This document shows positions 1 through 13,180 of a stretch of 64,000 nt of DNA, piece after piece. The notes below the pieces were generated by a model. That model was not told where the DNA came from. It saw only the letters and a program-made list of their open reading frames with translations, and ran no database searches. The first letter of the stretch is position 1. Each line of letters begins with the position of its first letter. The stretch covers positions 17,422,001-17,486,000 of the forward strand of contig OZ024746.1 in assembly GCA_964016885.1 (NCBI GenBank). The letters are read 5' to 3'. This DNA comes from Eledone cirrhosa. Taxonomy: Eukaryota. The translations under genes were made by a program, and so were the position numbers.

Positions 1-172
1 GCCCCCAGCCCACACTGTAAAGTGGACGTGTAGGCGCCACGGCAAAAAAGCACCCAGCACTCACTGTAAATGAGGTTGGTGTTAGGAAGGGCATCCAGCT
101 GTAGAAATCAAGCCAGAATCAGTTCCCGTCCCACCCTTGCAAGCAGGGAAAAGCGGACGTAAAATGATGAAA
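1..172 (+). mobile_element. RTE-related 3' tail fragment
   Basis: ggttggtgttaggaagggcatccagctgtagaaa...gcggacgtaaaatgatga is shared with the RTE 3' UTR and with 11225-11372. Confidence 0.7.
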
Positions 173-193
173 AAAAAAAAATATATATATATA

Positions 194-421
194 TATAAGG
201 TAAAAAAATGAAATCGAAAATGCAACTGGAGTCTTTTTTTTTTTAAATATATATTTATTTGGTTCCTTTACCGGTTTCGCAGTTCCGGTAAAGGAACCAA
301 ATAAATATATATTTAAAAAAAAAAAGACTCCAGTTGCATTTTCGATTTCATCTTTTTTCCTTATACTTTCACTTATGTAGGACACCTCGGTTATTTTTCA
401 TTTTGTAAAAAAAAACCTCAC

Positions 422-428
<7 letters not shown>
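194..428. mobile_element. Fold-back element in (TA)n, Penelope terminal-repeat-like
   Basis: Inverted arms at about 194-275 and 285-365. Minus strand has GAAA-ccgg-TA-aagg, a hammerhead 3' half. Same family as 1255-1526. Confidence 0.55.
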
Positions 429-460
<32 letters not shown>

Positions 461-462
<2 letters not shown>

Positions 463-995
463 CATCATCATCATCATTTAACGTCTATCTTCTACGCTAG
501 CATGGGTTAGGCGGGAGTTGTCCCACTTGAGGCAAGATTGGTTGGGTGACTGTGTCTCGCTCGTATAGGACTATCTGGCAGGTTTTCTACGGCTGAATGC
601 CCTTCCTAACACCAACCACATTTACAGTGTGGACTGGGAGTTTTTTACTGTTACCTACAAGGCCACATTACAGCATGGACTGTGTTTTTTTTGTCATGAC
701 ACCCACACGACCTCTTTAGTTTGGACTGGATGTTCTGTTGTACCAACATAACTTTATAGAGAAAGGGTGGTGTTGGCGTGAGTGGGAGGATGGAGTAGGG
801 GTGGTACATATATTTGGTTAAGAGGTGCCTACTGACTGGAGGTTAACTTTGCACGTAGCGAAGGCGGGTCTTCTGTATTACTGCGTGGTGCCAAAGATCT
901 CGATCCAGTGACATTGCCGTAGAGAGGTGCAAGGTCAGAGTTTACAATGTCGTCCCAGGGTTTTCTGTGTCTACCTACTCCGTAACTTCCATCAT
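461..995 (-). mobile_element. RTE LINE 3' end fragment
   Basis: Colinear with 36063-36720, including the GRHRKPW-like C-terminus and the (CAT)n tail on the plus strand. Confidence 0.8.
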
Positions 996-1010
996 ATATA
1001 TATATATATA

Positions 1011-1196
1011 TATTTGGAAAGTTATATTTAAATTGTTGGGTTACAACTAGTAAATATTTATAACTGATATAAAAGCACTCAACAAGTATTTGGAGTATAT
1101 TTACGATATTAAATAAATGGTTAATATGATATCCCTGAAATATATATAATGAAATAAATATGGTTTTATAAATATAGTTTCTATTTATTTAATATC

Positions 1197-1200
<4 letters not shown>
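1011..1200. mobile_element. Family A element fragment with internal inversion
   Basis: Shares ataactgatataaaagcactcaacaa and ccctgaaatatatataatgaaataaatatgg with other family A copies. Flanked by (TA)n. Confidence 0.6.
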
Positions 1201-1254
<54 letters not shown>

Positions 1255-1257
<3 letters not shown>

Positions 1258-1526
1258 AAAATGAGGTGTTTTTAAAAGAAAAAAACGAGATGTCCTACAC
1301 AAGTGAAAGTATAAGGAAAAGAAATCAAAAATGCAACTGGAGTCTTTTTAAGAATATTTATTTGTTTCCTTTACCGGTTTCACAGTTCTTATGCTTTTCA
1401 AAGGTAGAACTGAGATGGCGGGCTTGTGGATTTTTCTTACATCGCCAGATGCAAGAAACAAATGAAGGAAATAAATAAATATTCTTAAAAAGACTCCAGT
1501 TGCATTTTTGATTTCTTTTCCTTATA
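1255..1526. mobile_element. Fold-back element in (TA)n
   Basis: Inverted arms at about 1310-1372 and 1463-1526. Degenerate hammerhead on the minus strand at about 1365-1405. Confidence 0.55.
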
Positions 1527-1585
1527 TATATATATATATATAGTAATAATAAATGTGAAGACTAAAACTTTAATCTGTACTTATG

Positions 1586-1641
<56 letters not shown>

Positions 1642-2833
1642 TTATATATATATATATGAAGTATTTCCGTCGGAAAGGTACAGGAAAAAAGAGTGCTCTA
1701 TGTAGGCTACAGAGCTTATATGTATGGATATGTGTATATGTGTGTGTATATATGTATGTGTATATACACGTGCGCGTATGTATAGAGCCTTTTGTGTTCG
1801 TATGTATGTATGTTTATGTGTGTGTCTACCCTCTTTTTTTGTGTGTGTTTGTGTGTTCATATATGAATGCATATATATTTGTGTATATGTGTGTGTATGT
1901 ATTTATGTGCCTGTTCGTATTTCCATGTAGACGCAAATACGCTTATGTGAGAAAGTATACGTCTACGTACTATTACGTATATGTGCGTGGTTGAGTGTGT
2001 GTATGTTTATGTTCTGGATATTTATTTATATTTTTTCCCTAATTCCTTTTTGCCCGTTTTTTTCAGCCTCACTTTCATATTTCCTAAATTTTGTTTTCAA
2101 ATCCATATTTAATAAAAACACCATGTTATTTATTCATTCTGACGACTGAAGACAGACATAATATCTGCCTTCAAGAAATCACTGGTAAATGAAATAATTA
2201 TCTTATGTTGTTTATTACATAACTAAAATAAATAAATAAATATATATATATATATATAAAATTTAATATAGGTGATTTCGATTTCCAGACTGGGCGATGC
2301 ATTATGACACTTTATTTAACATTGCTCTTTCTGCCTGGAGTTGTGACCGACAGATAGTACTAGCAATTGGAAAGATCAATGGAAACATTGTTTCCTCAGT
2401 CCAATTTGATGACCTCCACTTCACTCATTAAGCAAATGAAGTCTGGGATCTTGACAATAGACTATCGATGTGTGTGTATATTATATATTTTATATATGTA
2501 TATGTTAGTTAGGTGTGTAACTACAGCTACAGTCAGTGCACCGTTCGAAACACTCAATGTTGTTATGTTCGGCTATATTCCAGACTTAAGGTGGCTGTAG
2601 TATACAGAGTGTAAATAAAGTAAGTAGAATCAACGTCAGTGTTGCAGCATATATATCAAATTTATTGGCATATTACAATAGTTTTAATATCAATCAACTT
2701 AGAGTACAATCATAATGACTGAGGTCCGACTCGTCCTCGACATCTCCTCAGATATGCGAGTTTAGAGTTTATATTCCCAATCACACAATCACAAGAAAGA
2801 ATTCAATATAAAATAGTAAGAAATTCTTCTAAC

Positions 2834-2956
2834 CACATGTTTTGGGGTTTTCATCCGATTCATCTGTGCAATCAAATTCATCATCACACAGCCATTTCTG
2901 TGGAATACATTGACCATTACCACAGGTAGCCTCTGTTGGTCCACAGGTACGGTTGG
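2834..2956 (-). CDS. LDLa domain exon (not in the ORF track)
   Basis: 123 nt, phase 1-1, acceptor tttgttctgttctag, donor GTTAGA. Encodes [40 protein letters not shown], with six Cys, CIPxxWxCD and DCxDxSDE motifs. Confidence 0.92.
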
Positions 2957-3049
2957 CTAGAACAGAACAAATATATAGATTTTAATTAATCAGCGCCATC
3001 AACATTATCACCAACACCTAAAACAACAATGTCACCACCACAAACACAA

Positions 3050-3195
3050 CAATAACAACATCCCCATATATATATACTGTGAAAGGGAAAATATTGACGG
3101 TCGTGGATAAGTTTGTCTACCTAGATAGTACTCTCTCCAGAACGAGGACCCTTGATGAAAAGATAAGTTACTGGCTGTCTAAAGTTTCCAATGCT
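3050..3195 (+). mobile_element. RTE (BovB-like) LINE fragment
   Basis: Translates TVKGKILTVVDKFVYLDSTLSRTRTLDEKISYWLSKVS, matching the VVDKFxYLGSTLS motif. Confidence 0.7.
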
Positions 3196-3503
3196 GGAGA
3201 AGCACCTCTAAAAGGGTAGAATTGGTGCCACAATGAAGTGCACCCAGGATACTCTGTAAAATGATAGGTTTGGTGTCACAACGAAATGCACCCAGTACAC
3301 TCTGTAAAATGGTTGGTATTAATAATGATGCCCATAGAAACCATATCAAAATATGGAATGTATGAGTAAGGCATGGAGTCCATCCCGCTCCATGGCTGAA
3401 TACAACTGATTTCAGAGGAGAGAGAGTGAGAGATAGGAACTGAGAAAGAGATATAGAGAAAGAATTGACTCTAGTACCAGACTGATACATTTTTTTATCA
3501 TCC

Positions 3504-3712
3504 TTAACCCTTTAGCATTCACATTATTCTATATATACTACTATTATATTTTCATGGTAAAGGCTTTACCTCGCATAATTATCTCACATATGAGATTTTG
3601 AAAGTATTTATTTTGAGAACAATACCTTAACATCAGTTTGAGCAACCAGTTACAGCCTGTTTCAACAGAAAGAGGTTGAGAATTCTGGCCGGTTTGAACA
3701 TTAAAGGGTTAA
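3504..3712. mobile_element. piggyBac-like MITE
   Basis: TTAA-CCCTTTA...TAAAGGG-TTAA. It splits a minus-strand SINE at a TTAA site. Inverted relative at 40513-40742. Confidence 0.75.
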
Positions 3713-4790
3713 AAGGATGAAAGGCAAAATTGATCTTAGTGGAATTTGAACTCAGAGAGCAAGCATGCATGCAACAAAGCATTCTGCCAGTTTGCAGCAC
3801 TTTTGATAGATATATAAATACTGTAAAACAAAGTTGTGTATTGTAGAATGAAAGATGGTTTCAAGCGATGTGGTATGAAAAGGATGGAATATCAATGGAG
3901 TTAACAGGCTGGTCCTTGATTTATCCACTGCAGAATAATGAAAGACAAAGTCACCCAACATGAGATTTAAACACACATGTTCATAATTAAATAAGCATTC
4001 CAACAATTAGTGTACAAGTTGTTTCAACAACAGAACAGCCTGTTGCAAGTGGCTGAACATTCCACACACACTTGTACTTAGGGAGATTCAGCATGCTACA
4101 GTGAGTGATGGCCCCTTTGAATTGTAGGTACAACTCATTCTTTCCAGCAATGTGAATAATGTGTCTTGTTCAAGAGCATAACATACCACTTGGTATTGAA
4201 CTCGTGGCCTTATAAACATGAACTGAACTCCCTAACTACTAAACCAAAAGTATGTATATAACAGACATGGACAACCTTTTTTGAGCAAGAGGGAGGGGGG
4301 CACTATTAAAAAGATTCAAGGTAACTTTTATTTAAGCGTGCCATTTAGAAATCTAATCAATCACAGCTTACCTGATAATTAATCTATAATCAGTCCGTTG
4401 ATAAGACCTGTGGTTGAGCTGAAGAAGTGGCTTTGTTGTGGAGGTCTACATACTTATACTTTCTAGGTGGTCCACATAGTTACAGCCTAGTACTGGTCCA
4501 GCCCTCTCTACTACCACCAAATGTCACATCTTGGATGTTCCTCTGGATAAAAAGAGGGATGGTGGAGAGTGTCTGTGCTTTGACATCTCAAACTTTACTA
4601 AAACATGCTACATCATCATCATTTTAACGTCCATTTTCCACGCTTGCATAGGTTAGACCGGCTTTCATGAGACAAGTCAGATCAGGAGACCATGTCATGC
4701 TCATATGGATCAGTAATTTGGTTTGGTTTCAACAGCTGGATGCCATTCCTAACACTACATACTACAAAAATCATACTCAAATGCATAAAG

Positions 4791-5060
4791 GCACATGGCT
4801 TAGTGGTTAGGGTATTTGCCTCATGATCATAAAGTTGTGAGTTTGATTCCTGGCTACGCATCGTGTCTTTGGGCAAGACACTTTATTTCACGTTGCTTGA
4901 GTCCATTCAGCTGGCAACAATGAGTTCTACCTGTAATTCGAAAGGCCAGACTTGCCACATTCTGTGTCATGCTGAATTTCCGTTTATCGCACACGTGTCT
5001 GCGGAATGCTCAGTCTTCTGATCAGTTCAACTAGAACACTCTTCATTTAAATCGATGGGT
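4791..5060 (+). mobile_element. tRNA-derived CORE-type SINE
   Basis: A box tggcttagtggttag, B-box-like gagtttgattcc, CORE-like gtgtctttgggcaagacacttta. Other copies at about 4035-4245(-), 33880-34030(+), 44640-44760(-), 51105-51400(+) and 61685-61990(-). Confidence 0.75.
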
Positions 5061-5405
5061 ACTAATTTTCAACTCAAATGTGACAAATTCATTATTAATA
5101 TTTATAGTTTTTTTTTCTTTTTTTTTTACAATTTTGCTATAAAAATTGATCAATTAATATACTTTATAATTTATATTTATTTCCAAAAAATTACACAAAA
5201 CAATTAGAATATAAATTGTTGCAAAACTAAATTTTCTTTTTCTTTACCCCTCTTTTTTTTAAATAATTTTAAAAAATAATTCTGAGCTGACATTAAGTAT
5301 AGCTTGGGAAGAAGAGAGAGCGGGAGTTAATCTGGCTCTGGGCAGGATCAGATTAGACCTTGGGGGGGGCCAAGGGCAGTTCAGGTTTGGTGGGTCCCTC
5401 ATATA

Positions 5406-5460
<55 letters not shown>

Positions 5461-5688
5461 CATGATTCATACCCAATATATTTTACTATATCGAGCATAA
5501 AACTAATAATATATTTCTTCATTGTACTGTGTCGTTTGTTTTGTTATTTGTTTGCCTTTTGCATACTTTATATATTCGGATCTAGCTGTCGAAACGGCTT
5601 GAGCTCAGCCGTCGGGGTCCAGACTATTTTCCTATATATATATATACATTATATTAATAAATGGAAACTATATTTATAAAACCATAAT

Positions 5689-5754
5689 TATTTTATTATA
5701 TATATTTCAAGGGCAACCAAGGCAAATTTTGGTGCGCTTTCATCAGATAAAATA
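5689..5754 (-). ncRNA. Minimal type I hammerhead ribozyme motif (family A)
   Basis: Exact reverse complement of the motif at 5868-5933. Confidence 0.75.
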
Positions 5755-5867
5755 CAAAATTTGTTTTATAAATGTTGACATACCCGCAGAAGAAAACCTT
5801 GACGGTTGGAGGTTCCAGCGAACCTCCAACCGTCAAGGTTGTTCTTCTGCGGGTATAACAAATTTTG

Positions 5868-5933
5868 TATTTTATCTGATGAAAGCGCACCAAAATTTGC
5901 CTTGGTTGCCCTTGAAATATATATAATAAAATA
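5868..5933 (+). ncRNA. Minimal type I hammerhead ribozyme motif (family A)
   Basis: tattttat-CTGATGA-aagcgcaccaa...ttggttgccctt-GAAA-tatatata-ataaaata. Perfect 8-bp stem I, extended stem II, short palindromic stem III, AUA cleavage triplet. Confidence 0.8.
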
Positions 5934-6028
5934 ATTATGGTTTTATAAATATAGTTTCCATTTATTAATAAAATGAATATTTACTCCACTCTACTGTTGA
6001 GTGCTTTATATCAGTTATAAAACTTTTA

Positions 6029-6086
<58 letters not shown>

Positions 6087-6340
6087 CAGGAAGAGAAAGA
6101 CGGGGTCCTGTTTGATGAAGGGAGCCCAGGGCATTCGCCTCCGCTACCAATAAATCCGGCCCTGGCGTTGAACCCAGTATTCAATAGGTGATTTATTTAA
6201 TCGGTTCCGGAAGGATGAAAGATAAATTCAACAGGGGTGCGGAGTTCAAAAACATACAAAGATGTAACAAGATACACATGCCGCCTACTACTATTTTTAA
6301 CAGACACACCTCAGATTTTATGGGATGGGTCTAGTTGGTT

Positions 6341-6522
6341 AGTATTGGCAGTATCAGTAGAGAGTCGGACGCCATGCTTTCCAGCATAGTTACGTCCCTT
6401 TACGATCTGAGTTCAAATCCCGCCGAGGTTGACTTTGCCTTTCATCCTTACGGGGTCGATAAAATAAAGTACCAGTAATGCACTGGGTAATTGCTGGCCT
6501 TGTGCCTAAAGTAGAAACAATT
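6341..6522 (+). mobile_element. tRNA-derived SINE with Meta-domain-like centre
   Basis: A box tggcagtatcagtag, B box gagttcaaatccc, centre gcctttcatccttacggggtcgataaaataaagtacc. Many further copies in the window. Confidence 0.8.
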
Positions 6523-7796
6523 AATTACTACCTAAGATATAAAATGCAGAATATCAAAGGTAAAGTCAACGAGGGTGAGATTAGAACTCATAACGTAAAG
6601 CCACGTAATTAAATATTATTATTGTTATCATTACAACACACTTTGTCTGTCGTACTACCAGCCACCTATATCATAATCTATAATATTTGATATTTTTTTA
6701 ATTTAGGTACAATGCCAACACATTTAGGGAGACGAGCAAATTTGATTAAATCGACCCCAGTACTTAGCTAGTACCTTTGATTTATTGACCCCCGGAAGGA
6801 TAAAAGGCAAAGTTAGCCTCGGTGGTATTTGAACTCAGAATGTTAAGAGCCAAAGCAAATACCGCAATGATGTTTTCTCCGATTATGCCGTATCGTTATC
6901 ATTGCAAGGTTGTCTGTCTGACGTTCTACAACCGGTTGCCTCCACAGATAATAATAACAACAAATACAACAAAAAACAACAATGATTGCTTGACAGTTGG
7001 TTTTGATTTTCTGCCGATAAACAATTTCGTCGTGTCAAAATACATTTACTCTCTCTCTCCACACACAAGATATGGAACGAGTGCAGTTTGTTGTAAAAAT
7101 AAATAAATGAATAATTCAAATTAATAATAATTGAAAGATGTTTTCAGAAAAACATCAAATATAAAAGACAATAACATTCTGTAGTGGAAAGCAGTGACAA
7201 CTATGTGAAGAATTTATCAGGCTTCCCACGAGTTGTAAGGTGACAAAAATGGAGAGACGTTTTCACTCAGCTCATATGTTTAAACCAATGAAAAGCCAAG
7301 AAACTGACCGAATTCTGTAACATAATAACTACTATAATTTCGTTCTTGAAATTGCGCGCACCACCAATACTTCGAAATATTCTCTCAAATATTTTAAAAT
7401 ATTTCCACTACATTTATTGACAAATATTAGAACAAGATACTTTTATTTTATTTTTCTCACCATACATATATCACCCCACAACCGACTCCCACTCTAAATT
7501 TATATTCATGTATCTAATATATATTTATATAGGTGTGTGTGTGGTATATATGCACACACACGTATATATATATATATATATAGATATATAGATATATATA
7601 TATATAGATATAGATATATATATATATAGATATAGATATATATATATATATATAAGCTGATGCGTTATGTCCTTGAGCAAGACACTTTGTTTTCTTAACA
7701 CCAAATATTATATTTTATCTGCCGAAAGCGTACTAAATTTTAATAAAATAAATATGGTTTTGTAAAAATATTTTCCATTTATTAATATTGTTAATA

Positions 7797-7858
<62 letters not shown>

Positions 7859-7861
<3 letters not shown>

Positions 7862-8050
7862 GGAAAATATATGACCCCGACGGCAGAGCTCAAGCCGTTT
7901 CGACGGCTATTTCAGTCCAGAAATAGCCAAACGGCTTGAGCTCTGCCGTCGGGGTCATACATTTTCCTATTACCCACTCTACTACCCTAAGTATTGAGTA
8001 CTCTGGTGCGTTATGGTCCATCTGGTTCCTTACCACAACTCCTTCGTTAT
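7859..8050. mobile_element. Family C fold-back element in (TA)n
   Basis: Palindrome 7859-7970 containing GAAA-cggc..gccg-TC-ggggtc (hammerhead stem III plus GUC). Near-identical to 52108-52300; related fragments at 5575-5635 and 8271-8345. Confidence 0.65.
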
Positions 8051-8111
8051 ATAATATAATATATATATATATATAATATAATATATATATAATATAATAT
8101 ATTATATATAT

Positions 8112-8260
8112 AATTGTTTCTACTTTTGGCACAAGGCCAGCAATTACCCAGTGCATTACTGGTACTTTATTTTATCGACCCCGTAAGGATGAAAGGCAAA
8201 GTCAACCTCGGCGGGATTTGAACTCAGATCGTAAAGGGACGTAACTATGCTGGACAGCAT
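8112..8260 (-). mobile_element. Meta-like SINE copy
   Basis: Reverse-complement match to 6341-6522. Confidence 0.8.
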
Positions 8261-9609
8261 ATATATATATAGTGGTTAGCAAAATACCAGCAGAGGGTCA
8301 AACCGTTTCGACTGGCCTGCATTGAGTACTACCCTGATATGTAATCTTTCCGATCCCCTTACCGCGAACAGTTCATATATTTGTGTGTGAATATGAAGTC
8401 TACACTAGTTGAAGTGTTTAAACTTTTCTTTAGGGGTCAGTATAACCCCTAGAAAACAGTTAAAGAAAACACGGGACGTTTGAACTGGTTAGAGTATACA
8501 ATTAAATGTGTAAATATATAAATATATACATACGCCTTACATATGTCTCACACTCTCTAATATACCCACCCAAACACTATTGTCTCACAATAGAAAAATG
8601 ACCCAGCACGAAATAACATTATGGTGTGTGTAATCTGAACAGACACATAAAAATGTACCACACCTAACTTTGGATATATATATATATGTGTGTGTGTGTG
8701 TGTATGTATGAATGTATTTGTATATATGTATGTCCGTATATATTAATCCAACTCATACCAGCATAAAATTACACTCAGACCACACCAGACATACTAGTGG
8801 GTACAAACGAAAGAAAAGAACAATAACACATATTGAAGTTAAATATTTATATTAGTAGTTTGACATAACTCTGGACTACCAGCGTTTTCAAGACTAAACA
8901 TGTCTAAATCATATATACTCAACTTTCATATGAACCTGATAATTTAGTAGAAAAACTCAATGGGCGTTTGTCCAGAGCATCAATGATTCAAATTAAAAGA
9001 TTTATGTATATTAGTTTCTCGTCTTGCGTAGCTTTACCAAAATCGATAATCAATTACGTGGATCAATTTTTGCTTCGGTTTACGAACTATGAAAAGGTAT
9101 CGTAAGGAAAATAAGAACTTTTCTACTTTAAAGTATGTACTATATATATATATATAGTGGTAAACAGTGGGGAGTTATATCCGTAGTAAGTAGAGCACTC
9201 TGTCGATAGATGAACGAAAACAAGGCAGAATAAAAAAACTTTTAAAAAGGAGAAACCTTAAGATTTTTTTTAATTTAAAACAATGGCAAAAAAGAGAAAC
9301 GAAAGACACAGAACCCCAAGGTCTTCAACCGTTGAGGTGGACTTGACAGTTTTGACCCGTACCATTGGTACTGCTGGTTCACAACGACTGACAAACAAGC
9401 CAAAGCGCTGTCCCTGGAGTATAAGACAAGACGAATACAGCAATAAAGCCATAACATGTACACATGAGAATTCATGTGACAACTAAGAGAAGGTATTGTC
9501 CTTTTTATAGCAAAGATAATCTTATGAAACTAAAAAAGGTCGATTTCCAATGTATATAAGAAGGTGACCACACTTAAAAAGGTACTCAAAACAAATATAT
9601 ATATATATA

Positions 9610-9935
9610 TCATCATCATCTCATTTTACGTCCACCTTTCCCTGCTTGCAAGGGTGGGACGGGAACTGATTCTGGCTTGATTTCTACAGCTGGATGCCCT
9701 TCCTAACACCAACCTCATTTACAGTGAGTGCTGGGTGCTTTTTTGCCATGGCACCTCCACAACCACTTTACAGTGGAATGATAGGGACCCCAGTCCCTAT
9801 CATCTCATTTCTACAGCTGAGTAAACTGGAGCAATGTGAAATAAAGTGTCTTGCTCAAGGAAACAACACATCACCCGGTCTGAGAATTGAACTCACAACC
9901 TTTCGATTGCAAGACCAATGCTCTAACCACTAAGC
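9610..9935 (-). mobile_element. CORE-type SINE with RTE-related 3' tail
   Basis: Inverted close copy of 11065-11372. Confidence 0.8.
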
Positions 9936-10035
9936 CAATATAATGAAAAATTGAACGGGAACAAAACAGAGAGGCAGTACAACAAATGTTTATTAATTTC
10001 ACGCTCTTGAGAGTGGGGTGGTGGTGGGGAATGGG

Positions 10036-10091
<56 letters not shown>

Positions 10092-11064
10092 TGTGTGTTT
10101 GTACACACGTTAATATGAAATGTGTAAATGTCATCAAAGATCGGCTTTTCCATGCTCGCATGGGTTGGATAGGTCATCACAGCCGATGTCAGTACTTAAT
10201 CAGAGCCAGTGTCCTGTCACTCAGCCTATATCTCACACAAGTTCTGGTTTTGGCAGGCTTTCTACAGCTTGATGCACCACCTATCACCAACCACTTTACA
10301 CAATGTTCTAGATGCCCTACATGTCACCAACCACTTTACAGAATGCACTGAAGAAATTTTATCATAGTACTAACATTATGCATACATATATATGTGTGGA
10401 TTTCCAATGTATATCAGGAGGTGAACACAGTTAAAAAAAGGCACTCAATACATTAGTAGAGTATAGGCATATTTATTATAGAAATTACTTTTACAGGACT
10501 AGAACTGTTTCATTCCTAATAAATCAACATATATATGTACAGGTTTTACCAAGGCCTTGTGTATATTAGTGATAAGGGCCTCCTATCCTATAATGCTGGT
10601 ATCAGAAAACATAGTAGTGTATCATCATTTCATCATCATTTCATTTTACGTCCGCTTTTCCCTGCTTGCAAGGGTGGGACGGGAACTGATTCTGGCTTGA
10701 TTTCTACAGCTGGATGCCCTTCCTAACACCAACCTCATTTACAGTGAGTGCTGGGTGCTTTTTTGCCGTGGCACCTCCACGACCACTTTGCAGTGGAATG
10801 ATGTATATATATATATATACTTTAAAGATAGTGTTGATATTATTTAATACATGTAAACCCATACATACATGTGTGTGTATGAATGTATATATATATATAT
10901 ATATACATATATATATGTGTGTGTATGTGTATACACTGTTGTCTGAGACTACTACGTGAGTTTCTCTGGTACTTAGAGATTCATCCTAAAAGTAAATTCT
11001 TTAGCATGAAACTCTAGGTCCCTCTCATGTTATCAGCTAACAATATATATATATATATATATAT

Positions 11065-11372
11065 GGAGGCACATGGCTTGGTGGTTAGAGCATTGGGCTT
11101 GCAATTGAAAGGTTGTGAGTTCAATTCTCAGATCAGGTGAGCAAGACACTTTATTTCACATTGCTCCAGTTTACTCAGCTGTAGAAATGAGATGATAGGA
11201 CTGGGGTCCCTATCATTCTACTGCAAAGTGGTCATGGAGGTGCCACGACAAAAAAGCACCCAGCACTCACTGTAAATGAGGTTGGTGTTAGGAAGGGCAT
11301 CCAGCTGTAGAAATCAAGCCAGAATCAGTTCCCGTCCCACCCTTGCAAGCAGGGAAAAGCGGACATAAAATG
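11065..11372 (+). mobile_element. CORE-type SINE with RTE-related 3' tail
   Basis: tRNA-like head (tggcttggtggttagagc; gagttcaattctc), CORE-like body and a tail similar to the RTE 3' UTR. Confidence 0.8.
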
Positions 11373-11387
11373 ATATATATATATATA

Positions 11388-11572
11388 GGGGATTGGCAGT
11401 ATCGGTAGAGGGTCGGACACTATGCTTTGACGCATAGAGTTACGCCCCTTGCCATTGTGAGTTCAAATCGCGCCAAGGTTAACTTTGCCTTTCATCCTTA
11501 CGGGGTCGATAAAATGAAGTACCAGTAATGTACTGGGTAATTGCTGGCCTTGTGCCAAAAGTAGAAACAATT
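11388..11572 (+). mobile_element. Meta-like SINE copy
   Basis: Full-length match to 6341-6522. An inverted copy lies at 12206-12385. Confidence 0.8.
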
Positions 11573-11904
11573 ATATATATATATATACACACATACAGAG
11601 AGCTGGATTATAAGTAAACTTATACTGTCCCCTAATCCAGCAGAGCAATTGGTAGAGTGCATTCCACCCCCACCCCTGTGAGGTTAGAAATTTCACTTGA
11701 GTACTGACTGTCTGTGATGACCTGTACAAACCAATGAATAAGTAATGGTATAAACACATAATGTTGAAGTTGAAAATATTTGTATTCACAGTTTGACTTA
11801 TTCATGTATTACCAGTGGTTTTATAGACATGTTTATGTGTATGATGATGTATGAATAAGTGAAACTGTTAAATATACAGATGATGTATGAATAAGTGAAA
11901 CTGT

Positions 11905-12052
11905 TAAAACAAGAAGTGGTATGAACTGATCTCAAATCTCTGAAGCTCACAGAGGAGATGACAAATGAACGAGACAAGTGGAGAGATGCTGTGCTGAAAA
12001 AGACCCGTCTAATGCATGCAAGCGTGGAAAAATGGGAGTAAAATTGATGATG
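11905..12052 (+). mobile_element. RTE 3' end fragment
   Basis: Translates DLKSLKLTEEMTNERDKWRDAVLKKTR and ends in a tgatgatg tail. Confidence 0.7.
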
Positions 12053-13035
12053 TATATATATATATATATGAGGTTTTGGTTATATGAGCTTGATTATATA
12101 TATGTAAAAATACACACACACAATCTTCCTTAGTGTTCATACCACAATAAAATGGACACAGCCTGTGATATGTCCAACCATTGCTAGCAGGGATAATGTA
12201 CATGAAATAATTGTTTCTACGTTAGGCACAAGACCCAGTGCATTACTGGTACTTTATTTTATCGACCCCGTAAGGATGAAAGGCAAAGTCAACCTCGGCG
12301 GGATTTGAACTCAGAATGGCAAGAGCCGTAACTCTATGCGTCAAAACATGGCGTCCGACCCTCTACCAATACTGCCAATCCACCGATGACAATATACACA
12401 CTCATACATGCATATATATATATATGGACTGGGTGCTTTTTGTTGTGACACCTACACCTACACAATCACTTTCCAGTGTGGGCTGGGCACTTTTTGTATA
12501 TATATACTGGTTATCTGCTCAATACAAAGCTTGACCACTCCATTGTACATGATACTTAGTTCTGGCATGAGAATTTTTAGTGGCTTTTTAGACCAGGCGT
12601 ACTTTTATAATCCCATCCACATAAATTGCATATTAGTTTTGGTGCAGCTTGGACTGCCTGTATATATCTTGATGACATATATATATATACATGATGATGA
12701 TGATGAATACATGCCAAACATGAAATGTATGAGAAAAATGTGTTCATATGACATATCTTGTTTCAGAATGTGACAACTCATCTGACCCATGCTATCATGG
12801 AAATCTGACATATGATAATGATGACTGTAGTGATGGTGGTGGTGATTGTGATGATGGTGGTGATGATGCTATATATATAGAGAGAAGTGGTTCTATTCAC
12901 TAAGGGTTAGTGTGCAGTTCATGTTTTTCTTCTGTGTTGCTTCTTCCTCTCCCTCCTCTCCCTCTCTCTATGTCTCTCTTTCAATCTACTCTCTTACAAC
13001 CACTATCTCTTTCTCTCTATCCTTCTCTCTCTGTT

Positions 13036-13180
13036 TATGAAGGTACCCGGAAAAACCCCATATCTCGGGAACCCGTGCTTCGATTTACGCAAAACTTGTT
13101 TTATTCCATTTGTATTCCCATTTCAGGGTCAACTTCCTTTCAAAGTATTTTCCCATTATGCCAGTTACCTGGCATTACCT
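13036..13180 (+). mobile_element. Dispersed repeat, possibly a mariner-like terminal fragment
   Basis: Second copy at 52324-52450. Both begin TA-TGAAGGTACCC. The classification is tentative. Confidence 0.45.

Larger units (their letters stand above)
5652..6032. mobile_element. Family A palindromic hammerhead-bearing element
   Basis: Inverted repeat 5652-5970 centred near 5818, one hammerhead per arm, flanked by (TA)n. Confidence 0.75.

Noticed and set aside
5696-5926. Two near-identical 65-aa ORFs on opposite strands
   Set aside because: A by-product of the DNA palindrome; the conserved feature is the RNA motif.
6341-6430. tRNA genes at SINE heads
   Set aside because: A and B boxes are present but there is no cloverleaf, and the sequence continues into a SINE body in many copies.
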